DNA from: Desulfobacterales bacterium
GTDB taxonomy: Bacteria > Desulfobacterota > Desulfobacteria > Desulfobacterales > UBA2174
Assembly: GCA_963668645.2 (NCBI GenBank)
Contig: CAXXWC010000001.1
Location: forward strand, 416,001 to 480,000
DNA: 64,000 bases
Reading direction: 5' to 3'
Translations under genes and position numbers: made by a program
The notes under the pieces: model-generated
The model's database searches: none
Told to the model about the DNA's origin: nothing
What the model saw: only the letters and a program-made list of their open reading frames with translations
Shown here: positions 21,019 through 29,196 of the stretch, piece after piece
Layout: each line of letters opens with the position of its first letter
Numbering within the stretch: position 1 is the stretch's first letter

Positions 21019-21200
21019 CGAAATCAGCCTCGCAGCAGGTGGCGAAGATCCGGATCAAAACTGCCAAGCGAACAGGCGCGTAACGGCGCGACAAACCTCA
21101 AACCCTATTGTGCTTTAGACCAAAAAAGCTTATTCTTCATAGGTGATGACCGGCAGTTTCGAGCCGGCACCGTAAAACCAAACTAAAAGGGAGGGAGACC

Positions 21201-22021
21201 ATGAAAAAGATCGCCATCATCGCAGTCGCTATCGTATTCGTTTGCACCGGTCTGGCCATGGCCCAAAGCAATGTTCAGGGCGCCGTGGTCAACAAGTCGG
21301 ATGTTAAGGGCAGCGCCAATGTGGCCGCCGGTGTCGGCAATGCCGCTAACATGGGCACCACGGAAATCGAACAATCCAACGTCAAGGGCGCGGTGATCAA
21401 CAAATCCAATGTCAAAGGCAGTGCCAACGTGGCCGCCGGTGTCGGCAACACCGCAAACATGGGCTCCACCCAAATCCAGCGCTCCAACGTCAAGGGTGCG
21501 GTGATCAACCAGTCCAATGTCAAGGGCAGCGCCAACGTGGCCGCCGGTGTCGGCAACACCGCAAACATGGGCTCCACCCAGATCCAGGGCGCCAATGTCA
21601 AAGGGGCGGTGATCAACAAGTCCAATTCAAGGGCAGCGCCAACGTGGCTGCCGGTGTCGGCAACACCGCAAACATGGGCTCCACCCAAATCCAGCGCTCC
21701 AACGTCAAGGGTGCGGTGATCAACCAGTCCAATGTCAAGGGCAGCGCCAACGTGGCCGCCGGTGTCGGCAACACCGCAAACATGGGCTCCACCCAGATCC
21801 AGGGCGCCAATGTCAAAGGGGCGGTGATCAACAAGTCCAATGTCAAGGGCAGCGCCAACGTGGCTGCCGGTGTCGGCAACACCGCAAACATGGGGGCAGT
21901 CCAAATCAAAGGCGGTACGGTCAAAGGTGCGGTGATCAATCAGTCCAATGTCAAGGGCAGCGCCAACGTGGCCGCCGGAGTGGGCAACGAAGCCAACATG
22001 GGCTCTGTTGTCATCAAGTAA
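21201..22021 (+). CDS. secreted 36-aa tandem-repeat protein, putative functional amyloid subunit (1-nt frameshift near 21626)
   Basis: GGAGG RBS; 21-aa signal peptide ending AMA; seven copies of about xSNVKGAVINxSNVKGSANVAAGVGNTANMGSTQIQ; ORFs 21201-21719 and 21644-22021 join into 273 aa if one G is restored. Confidence 0.85.
21264..22018 (+). repeat. 7 x 108-bp coding tandem repeat
   Basis: Units start at 21264, 21372, 21480, 21588, 21695, 21803 and 21911; unit 4 is 107 bp. Confidence 0.95.
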
Positions 22022-22039
22022 GCCTGGGCAATATCCACC

Positions 22040-22068
22040 GAGGCCGGCGGCCCATGGCGGCCGGCCTC
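22040..22068 (+). promoter_or_regulatory. GC-rich intercistronic hairpin without U-tract
   Basis: GAGGCCGGC / GCCGGCCTC stem just after the repeat-gene stop codon. Confidence 0.55.
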
Positions 22069-22099
22069 CCCAAACCGCCTGGGTTTCAGGAGGTTTACC

Positions 22100-22438
22100 A
22101 TGTTCACCAAAATCCGCAAATGCACATGGCCCTTGCTGGGCGCCGCCTTGATCTTCTCGTCTGCGGCGCTGGCCAACGATCTGGACGACGGCATCTCCAA
22201 GCATACCGACGACGCCGTCTCGGGATACGATGAACTGGGCAGCAAGGATCGCAACATAACATTCATCAAGATGAACGCCAAAAGCCAAGCCAAGGTAAAA
22301 TCCAAGGGCGGCACGGTAACGGGTACCAGCAGCGGCACCAACATGAACAGCGTCGTAATGGGGGCCGGTTCGAACATCAAGGGTGATATCATTATCATCG
22401 ATGAATCCAAGGGCGATAAAACCATAATTTCCGATTAG
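22100..22438 (+). CDS. small secreted protein with one degenerate amyloid-like repeat (putative minor subunit/nucleator)
   Basis: AGGAGG RBS; signal peptide ending ALA; C-terminal TNMNSVVMGAGSNIKGDIII resembles ANMGSVVIK/xSNVKGAVIN. Confidence 0.75.
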   Translation: MFTKIRKCTWPLLGAALIFSSAALANDLDDGISKHTDDAVSGYDELGSKDRNITFIKMNAKSQAKVKSKGGTVTGTSSGTNMNSVVMGAGSNIKGDIIIIDESKGDKTIISD

Positions 22439-22535
22439 GAGAACCGGCACACACCCTGCATTGCCCTGTTTGACACCATTGCCGCAGCCCAACGACGGCA
22501 ACCCGCAACCCGCGAAATTAAGGACGAGTGCACAG

Positions 22536-23969
22536 ATGGAAAACAACGCAAAACCCAGATTTTTTCATGGTGGTTTAGGCATTGTGTCGATCCTGATGAC
22601 CGCGGCATTGATCCTGACGGGTTGTGTCGGGGATCCGGCCAAGGTGGACGTACAATTGGAAGAGACCGCCCCCGAAGTGAAAGTAACCTCTTACACCGTG
22701 GCCCTGGATCGGCTCGGCTTGATGACCGAGATTTACGATACGGGTATCGTCAAGATCCAGAGCCAGGGCATCGGGGACGACACCGGTACTGCGGCTACCA
22801 CCGGCGGTGAAATCCAGCGCGATATCACCGAGATCATGAAAAGCACACTGAACTCGATCGGCGGAAACGTTCAGTTCATCGAATATGATCCGGCCTTCAT
22901 TCAGAATCAAATGGTCACGGGGTACTCGAACTTCGAAGGAAAATTGATCCCGGACGTGGTGGTCACCGGCGGCATCACCGAGTTCGACCGCGGTTTGGAG
23001 ACCCGCGGTCAGGGAACGGACGTGGGTGCAGAAGCCGAATTCACCGGGATGCCGAGCTGGCTTCCATCGCAGTCGGTAGGAGTCGAATACGGCAAAGACA
23101 ACAAGCAGGGTAAAGCCCGGATCACCCTCGACTTTAACTTAAAAGATTTCAAGACGTTGGCGGCCATCAAGAAAATGACCACCACCAACTCCATGGTGGT
23201 CAACAAAGCCATGGCCAACGAGGAGTTCGGCATCACCCTCTTCGGGCCGACTTTCGGCCGTAAAGGATCAATCAAGAAGGTTCAGGGCCGCCACAACGTG
23301 GTGCGTTTGCTGGTTCAGGTCAGCATGATCCAGATGGTGGGCAAATACCTCGTGCTGCCGTATTGGCGCCTGTTGGGCGAAGATGCGGTCGCCGATGAAA
23401 CGGTGATCCGACATCTGAACCGCAGCTTTTTTCAGATGAGCCCGCCGGAACAGATCCTCAAATGCCAGGAGTTGCTCTATCTGTACGGGTACGATATCCC
23501 GCTCACCGGCACCCTGGATGCCACCACGGTTGCCGCCTTGCAGCAAAAGGCGCCCAACTTCAACCCCGGAGCCGGAATTGTGGATCTGGACACCTTTGTC
23601 CAACTCTACATCAATGTACCCGTAGATCAGACCTGCTTGGGTCGCCGCTTCCAGTTGGCCCGCCTTTATCCCCAGGGAACCGAATACACCGAAATCCTCC
23701 CTTCGGGCAGAACGGTCAGCGCACCGACTGTGGTCGCAGCTCAACCGGCCCCGCGAAAGACCGTAGCCGCGCCGTCCCAACCGGCGGCTCAGACTGCCAA
23801 AGCAGCCCCCAAGCCTGCGCCCAAAGCCACGGAACAGACACCATCCCGGTCCGCGGCCCAGACGGCCGCAGTCAGTTCAGCCCCCGCATCCAAAACCAGC
23901 TCTTCGACGACGTCTTCCAAGCGCAAAAAAGGGATGGTCGGGCGCATGCTGAGTGATGAGGAATGGTAA
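22536..23969 (+). CDS. CsgG/HfaB-like outer-membrane lipoprotein with a peptidoglycan-binding-like domain and a low-complexity tail
   Basis: Lipobox LTGC; PDVVVTGGITEFD resembles the CsgG-family core; amphipathic beta-hairpin segments; QELL..YGY.....G..D..T..AL motif; A/P/S/T/K tail. Confidence 0.7.
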   Translation: MENNAKPRFFHGGLGIVSILMTAALILTGCVGDPAKVDVQLEETAPEVKVTSYTVALDRLGLMTEIYDTGIVKIQSQGIGDDTGTAATTGGEIQRDITEIMKSTLNSIGGNVQFIEYDPAFIQNQMVTGYSNFEGKLIPDVVVTGGITEFDRGLETRGQGTDVGAEAEFTGMPSWLPSQSVGVEYGKDNKQGKARITLDFNLKDFKTLAAIKKMTTTNSMVVNKAMANEEFGITLFGPTFGRKGSIKKVQGRHNVVRLLVQVSMIQMVGKYLVLPYWRLLGEDAVADETVIRHLNRSFFQMSPPEQILKCQELLYLYGYDIPLTGTLDATTVAALQQKAPNFNPGAGIVDLDTFVQLYINVPVDQTCLGRRFQLARLYPQGTEYTEILPSGRTVSAPTVVAAQPAPRKTVAAPSQPAAQTAKAAPKPAPKATEQTPSRSAAQTAAVSSAPASKTSSSTTSSKRKKGMVGRMLSDEEW

Positions 23970-24036
23970 GAAGGCATCTGACGGCAACCGGTTTGACGGT
24001 CAAACCGGCCGGATTCCATCAAAGGGGTATCGCGAT

Positions 24037-24783
24037 ATGAAGCGCAAACAAATGTTTCGAATTTTCGTATGGATTGCCGGCGCCTCAATGATTTTGGCAA
24101 GCTCAGGTTGGGCCGGCAACAAAAAAATCATGAGCATCCGTGCCGCCAAAGTACTGGCTGAAAGGGCACTGGTCGAGTCGATGTACGGATTGAAGCTACG
24201 CGCCGCCGAAGAGGTCCAGGATCTTGTGGCTTCGAGCTTCGTGGGCTCCACCGAAAGCAAAACCTCTGCCACCATCAGCGGCATCAAGTTCGAAGAGGTA
24301 GTCTACGATCCGGACCGGGATATTGCCAAGGTGACCGCTTCGGCATCCTTGAACAGCATCACCAATATCGACGGAGACACGATCGATCTGCAAGGGAAGG
24401 TATTCCGGCGGGTGGCCTTCGCCACCAGTACACCGAGCAGTGCCGGGGCACTTAGGGCCATGCGGGCCGCCGAACTCGACGCTTACCAGCAGCTCGTCAA
24501 ACAGATTGTCGGCTTTACCCTCGAAAGCCAGACGTCGGTGGAAAATTACATATTGAAGTCCGACTTGGTGAAAACCAAGGTTCTGGCCACCATGTACATG
24601 GCCGAGGTGACGGAATACGGTTGGGACGAAAACGGCGACGCCTTCGTCAAAATGGTTTTGGATGTGGCAAACATCGGCAACATGTTGGGAGAACAAGTGG
24701 TCTCCGGTGAGCAGACCGTCGAAGTCGAGGGGATGGGAGCGGCCACGGACGATTTCAGCAGCGCCAAGGCCGGTCAAAAATAA
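24037..24783 (+). CDS. secreted LPP20/FlgP-like protein (two internal modules)
   Basis: Signal peptide; IRAAKVLAERALVESMYG and AMRAAELDAYQQLVKQIVG...SQTSV motifs. Confidence 0.7.
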   Translation: MKRKQMFRIFVWIAGASMILASSGWAGNKKIMSIRAAKVLAERALVESMYGLKLRAAEEVQDLVASSFVGSTESKTSATISGIKFEEVVYDPDRDIAKVTASASLNSITNIDGDTIDLQGKVFRRVAFATSTPSSAGALRAMRAAELDAYQQLVKQIVGFTLESQTSVENYILKSDLVKTKVLATMYMAEVTEYGWDENGDAFVKMVLDVANIGNMLGEQVVSGEQTVEVEGMGAATDDFSSAKAGQK

Positions 24784-24859
24784 GTCCGGCATATTTTTTT
24801 CGCCGGCCATTGTTCAAATCACGGTTTCCGCTACCCTGTGGCCTTTTCTAAAGCCCCCC

Positions 24860-24905
24860 ATCCCCTTCCCGCATGGCACGCCGCAACGGTGAAGGGGATT
24901 TTTTT
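24860..24905 (+). terminator. putative intrinsic terminator
   Basis: ATCCCCTTC / GAAGGGGAT stem with a large loop, followed by a T run. Confidence 0.55.
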
Positions 24906-24945
24906 ACCCTTCTTCGACGCCTTGAAAAGATTTAAAGGAGGTTCC

Positions 24946-25245
24946 ATGAATACCAAAATAATCTGGCGGGAACGGCTACGGTTTTTCCTTTTGGGAATGC
25001 TGGTCCTTACCGGCTTTTTGATGCTTACCGGCGGCGTGGACAACACGCCGCCCATCAATGCCGGCCGCTATCAGCTCAGTGCCTGGTCCGGGGCGCTGGG
25101 GTCCCAGGGCGGCGGGGTGGGGGCATTCGTCATCGATACGGTAAGCGGAGAGGTCCGAACGGCCTACAGCCGTATTTACGGCGCTCCCGGTGAAGGGGAA
25201 CTGATCAAAAACAATCTGAACAGGCCTTTCGCTTCGATGAACTAG
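24946..25245 (+). CDS. small membrane-anchored/exported hypothetical protein
   Basis: AAGGAGG RBS; N-terminal hydrophobic helix; GRYQL...FVIDT.SGEV motif. Confidence 0.75.
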   Translation: MNTKIIWRERLRFFLLGMLVLTGFLMLTGGVDNTPPINAGRYQLSAWSGALGSQGGGVGAFVIDTVSGEVRTAYSRIYGAPGEGELIKNNLNRPFASMN

Positions 25246-25267
25246 CCCGGCACCAAGGAGGGTTTTC

Positions 25268-25939
25268 ATGCTCAGGACGGCAACCATCATGATCGGCCTG
25301 CTGGCAGCGACGATGAGCGTTTTGGTGCATCAGCCGCTGGCCGCCGGCAGCGTGGACTGCGTCGAGGGCAGCGGGGTGGCTCATCAGGAAACCCGGGTTC
25401 TGGCGCCTTTTACCCGCCTGTCTGTCAACGGGGTATACCAGATGAGGCTGAAGATCGGCCCATCGCAACGCCTGGTGATTCGCGGGGATGACAATATCCT
25501 GCCCCATATTCTCACCGAGGTACGCGATGGGATGCTCACGGTACACTGCGATCGCTCTATTTGCATTAAGACGGATCTGCGCCTGGAGATCGATGTGCCG
25601 CAACTGGAAGCCTTGGAATCCGGCGGAGCGGTGGATTTGGAGGCCGCAGGGATCCATGGTCGCCGTTTCGAGCTGAAACTCGACGGCACCAGCAATGCGC
25701 TTGTGTCGGGCCAATGCGAGCGCTTCGAAGCCGCGCTTCTGGGTACCAGCGAACTTCAGGCCGAAGCCCTGCGGGCCAATGACGTCATGATCCGGCTGGA
25801 AGGCGCAGGAAATGCAGCCGTATATGCCGGCCGCCGTCTGGATGCGGTTATCAACGGTTTAGGCACCGTGACCTACGCCGGCCACCCAGTGGAGATCAAC
25901 CCGAATATCAGCGGTCTGGGGGAATTAATCCCCCGCTAG
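25268..25939 (+). CDS. GIN-domain (DUF2807) putative adhesin-head beta-solenoid protein
   Basis: Signal peptide; GSG....ETR...F, GDDNILP, repeated G.G...L.G units, G.GTVTY.G.P. Confidence 0.82.
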   Translation: MLRTATIMIGLLAATMSVLVHQPLAAGSVDCVEGSGVAHQETRVLAPFTRLSVNGVYQMRLKIGPSQRLVIRGDDNILPHILTEVRDGMLTVHCDRSICIKTDLRLEIDVPQLEALESGGAVDLEAAGIHGRRFELKLDGTSNALVSGQCERFEAALLGTSELQAEALRANDVMIRLEGAGNAAVYAGRRLDAVINGLGTVTYAGHPVEINPNISGLGELIPR

Positions 25940-25969
25940 CCCCGTGGCTGTTGCGTCACAAGCAGGGAG

Positions 25970-27565
25970 TCATGTCCGGGGCCGCGATGCGGGGCCGGAA
26001 TTACTACTCCCCACATGGTACATATCAATAGAGCCTTTGCCCTTGACTTCGATTTTTCCTCGATAATCGCAGTGAAAATGGCCGCGCACCAGGTCATAGG
26101 TATAAGCTGAGATGTTTACCCGCCCCGGCTGGGCGGCCGTTTCCATACGGGCGGCGATGTTGACCGCATCGCCCCAGATATCATAAGTGAATTTTCGCTT
26201 ACCCACTACGCCAGCGACAACCGTACCCGAGTGGATGCCGATACGGATGCGCCATTTTATGGCCGAATTCCGGTTGCGGGCCTCGATAAAGGATATCATT
26301 TCCAAAGCGGCACACACGCTCACCACGGCATGATCCGGCCGCCACTGGGGCAGTCCGGCCACGGCCTGATAGGCATCACCAATGGTTTTGATCTTTTCCA
26401 ATCCATGCCGCACGACGATATCGTCAAATGCACCGAAAATACTGTTCAACTCATCCAATAGTTTTTTGGGGGGAATGGTGCCGACGATGACGGTGAAACC
26501 GACAAAATCGGCAAACAAGATGCTCACTTCCTCGTGACGCCGGGGTGTTGTCTGACCGTGGAGGCGCAGTTCACGGGCCACTTCGCGGGGCAAAATATTG
26601 TACAGCAGCCGTTCGGTCTCCTCCTGCTTTTGCTGGAGTTCTGCGGTGCGAACCGCGACGCGCTGCTCCAGTTCACGATTCTTTGCATTGACCAGTTCCT
26701 GTTCAAAACGTACTTTTTCGACTTCTTTTTCCGCCAGGTGGCGCTTCAACCGGGCGATCCGATCCGCAATGCCCAGAGAAAAGAAGGCGACCTGGAAAAC
26801 GATTCCCACCTGGGCCATATCACTGAGCCAAACCTGGCCCGGAACCAGTTCGAGTACACTCAGGCCGTAACAGAATCCGCCGATACAAAAAAGGGTATGC
26901 CCGGCCAGATAAGCCCGTGCCGGCCCGTAGCCGCGACGATGGCAGATCGAAGCGAGCACGATCACGGTCACAAAAACGATCAGGGCCAGAGACGTATTCC
27001 AAATAATCGCTTGCTGGCGCCAGCCTAAACCGATGATCGGTGCACCCAGCATGGGACCGACCACCAACAAAACCGCCAGCAGGCTGAGCCAACGATGGCC
27101 GCGGGGAACGTTTTCAGCGGTGCAAAGAAAGCGTTGTGTAAAACCGATGAAGACCTGGAGCGTCACCATGACCAGAATCCAAGAAAAGATGCTGTCCCAC
27201 CTGGGCCAGGCGGGCCAGAATAGTACGAGGAAATAGTCTTTGACACTCAGGGCATAAAGCGCGGCAAGGATCCCGTAGAGAGCGAAGATAAGGTGGGTTC
27301 GGTCGTGAATATAAATAAATAGTGCCAGGTTGTAAGTCGCCAGGCTGAGGATCAGCCCGGTCAACAGGCCGTCGCTAAAAGAGCGGCATCGGTAAGCGAT
27401 TGCGCCTGTTTCAGGCGCCCCCCGGGAATCGAAATGCGAACCGGTGCCAGGGGCGGACCCACCGGTCTGCCCCATCTCATTATCCGATGCAACGGCCGCT
27501 TGAATGACCACCGGCAGTGCCAGTGCTCCGCAAATGATAACAACCGCCACAGCAGCCGCCAACAT
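25970..27565 (-). CDS. membrane adenylate/guanylate cyclase with a 7TM (7TMR-DISM-like) sensor
   Basis: LLYNILP, ILFADFVGFT, EKIKTIGDAY, RIGIHSG.VVAGVVG, YDIWGDAVN.AARME; start uncertain. Confidence 0.92.
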   Translation of the reverse strand: MLAAAVAVVIICGALALPVVIQAAVASDNEMGQTGGSAPGTGSHFDSRGAPETGAIAYRCRSFSDGLLTGLILSLATYNLALFIYIHDRTHLIFALYGILAALYALSVKDYFLVLFWPAWPRWDSIFSWILVMVTLQVFIGFTQRFLCTAENVPRGHRWLSLLAVLLVVGPMLGAPIIGLGWRQQAIIWNTSLALIVFVTVIVLASICHRRGYGPARAYLAGHTLFCIGGFCYGLSVLELVPGQVWLSDMAQVGIVFQVAFFSLGIADRIARLKRHLAEKEVEKVRFEQELVNAKNRELEQRVAVRTAELQQKQEETERLLYNILPREVARELRLHGQTTPRRHEEVSILFADFVGFTVIVGTIPPKKLLDELNSIFGAFDDIVVRHGLEKIKTIGDAYQAVAGLPQWRPDHAVVSVCAALEMISFIEARNRNSAIKWRIRIGIHSGTVVAGVVGKRKFTYDIWGDAVNIAARMETAAQPGRVNISAYTYDLVRGHFHCDYRGKIEVKGKGSIDMYHVGSSNSGPASRPRT

Positions 27566-27822
27566 CCCGTAGACCGGCGACGATCGGCTTCTGGATCGGC
27601 GTACCAAGGCTTTATTTCCCTGCCGAATTAAAAATTTAGTGAAAGCAAAGAACTTTGGGTCTGTTCACCGATACATTGACAGCCTTGCACAATAGAAGCA
27701 TTCACGCAAGCGCTATTATTATTTTAGCATTTATTAATTGACGCGATTCGATTCAGACCAGAAGCGCTTTTGGGTCACGTAAGCGGCGGGGATAAAAACG
27801 TGGAAACCGGTCTGCCTGGCGA

Positions 27823-28191
27823 TCAGAAATCCCGGCCCGGAATGACGATGCGGGAACTTTCTTTGGCGCTCTCGGGGGTCTCTTTCCGGACCTGCTCCAG
27901 TTCGGAAATCATTTGCTGCAGTGCGACTTGCATCGTATAGGGATAGGCATCGAGGGCTTCTTTAAGGTTGTTGGCCTGCAAAGGAGCCTGTATCGGCAAC
28001 GCCCCTTCGGGAGTCAGAATCTGGGTCGTTCCGATAAATATCGGTGTGCGGCTCGGATCCGGACTTCCGTCGGCATGCACCGGCACAAGCCGCCGTACGG
28101 CTCCGGATTGCAGATCGGTATAGCTCTCCTCGATATAAAGATTCTCGGTATTGAGCGTGAAATTTATGTTCTCGGCAGGATCTTCTTTCAT
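27823..28191 (-). CDS. conserved hypothetical cytoplasmic protein
   Basis: NLY.EESYTDL..G..RRL.PV..DG..D..R...F.G pattern, ending SRIVIPG. Confidence 0.7.
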   Translation of the reverse strand: MKEDPAENINFTLNTENLYIEESYTDLQSGAVRRLVPVHADGSPDPSRTPIFIGTTQILTPEGALPIQAPLQANNLKEALDAYPYTMQVALQQMISELEQVRKETPESAKESSRIVIPGRDF

Positions 28192-28350
28192 CGGTTCACT
28201 CGCTTGTCTTTGGGTTTGATGGGACACGGCCGCCAAGTGCCGGCCAGAAATCAGGCATCACAGTGTGGCGCGTTAAGACCGGTCGCCCGACCGGCCCAGT
28301 GCAGAAAATTCATGGAATCCATCGGCTGATCTGCTCGCCTTGGGCCTCGC

Positions 28351-28605
28351 TTAACGCTTGGAGGTTCTAAATTTTCTCAGATTCAAAAGGATATAGCCGC
28401 GGTGCAACCAGATATGGATGCCGATGGCGACCAGAAAGAAAAAAGCGCCGGTTCGATGAATGTTATGCAATAAATGGCGCAATCCCTGCACCGCAGCCCC
28501 GCCCCCGTGAGGCAGAAGCCATGCCGCGACTCCGGTCAGCACCAGCAGAAGCAGAAGGATAAAGCTGACCAGATTCACCAACCAAATCTCCATTCCCCCT
28601 TTCAT
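28351..28605 (-). CDS. DUF4405-like small membrane protein
   Basis: Two TM helices with LTG and IH...G......IHIWLH histidines. Confidence 0.7.
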   Translation of the reverse strand: MKGGMEIWLVNLVSFILLLLLVLTGVAAWLLPHGGGAAVQGLRHLLHNIHRTGAFFFLVAIGIHIWLHRGYILLNLRKFRTSKR

Positions 28606-28725
28606 GGAAAGACTCCTTTCAGATGTTGCGAATCTGAATCACTCTGTGCTCCAGCGATTTCAGGTGCCGCTGCCAGAAACGGCAATCAGCACCCATTTTA
28701 TCAAAGACGACCTGTTACACCGGGT

Positions 28726-28760
28726 AAAAAAGCCCTCCGGTCTTGTTCACCGGAGGGCTT
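28726..28760 (-). terminator. intrinsic terminator of the cold-shock gene
   Basis: AAGCCCTCCGGT / ACCGGAGGGCTT stem with an A run on the + strand (U tract on the - strand). Confidence 0.85.
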
Positions 28761-28791
28761 CCAATTTTAGAGTACGATGGCAAGATCCTGA

Positions 28792-28995
28792 TTAAAGCTT
28801 CTGGACGTTTCGGGCAGCCGGGCCGCGTTCGCCATCGACGATGTCAAAGCTGACGCGATCCCCTTCGGCAAGCGTCTTGAAACCGCTGCCGTTGATAGCA
28901 CTGTAGTGAACGAAGATATCCCCCTTGCCATCTTCCTGTTCGATGAAACCATACCCCTTCTTGTCACTGAACCATTTCACAATCCCATTGGCCAT
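28792..28995 (-). CDS. cold-shock protein (CspA family)
   Basis: GIVKWF, KGYGFI (RNP1), IFVHYS (RNP2). Confidence 0.97.
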   Translation of the reverse strand: MANGIVKWFSDKKGYGFIEQEDGKGDIFVHYSAINGSGFKTLAEGDRVSFDIVDGERGPAARNVQKL

Positions 28996-29196
28996 CTTAC
29001 TACACTCCTTTCATGGTGGTTCCACTGCCTTTGGCAGGCACGCCATCATACGCAATAAAACCCCAATTTTCAAAGAGCCCTACCTTCTGCTTTCTTAAAG
29101 CCGAAGCAGCGTATGATGGCCCTGCAGCGCCAATTAAAACGCTTTATTGGCATTTGCGTATCATATACCATTCGCGGAGGCAAAGCAAGACTGGAG

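Noticed and set aside
21025..21200. c-di-GMP-I (GEMM) or other known riboswitch
   Set aside because: The conserved GEMM core motifs were not found; kept only as an unclassified structured leader
21264..22018. Tandem repeats as a CRISPR array
   Set aside because: Units are contiguous 108-bp in-frame coding repeats with synonymous variation, no unique spacers and no cas genes
21201..22021. Naming the genes csgA/fapC/csgG
   Set aside because: Repeat length and motif differ from curlin, FapC linkers and the QQ motif are absent, and the CsgG similarity is by eye only
21275..22546. 423-aa minus-strand ORF and 21613-21939 with repeated LPTPAATLALPL
   Set aside because: Antisense shadow of the repeat gene; the + strand has the RBS, signal peptide and promoter
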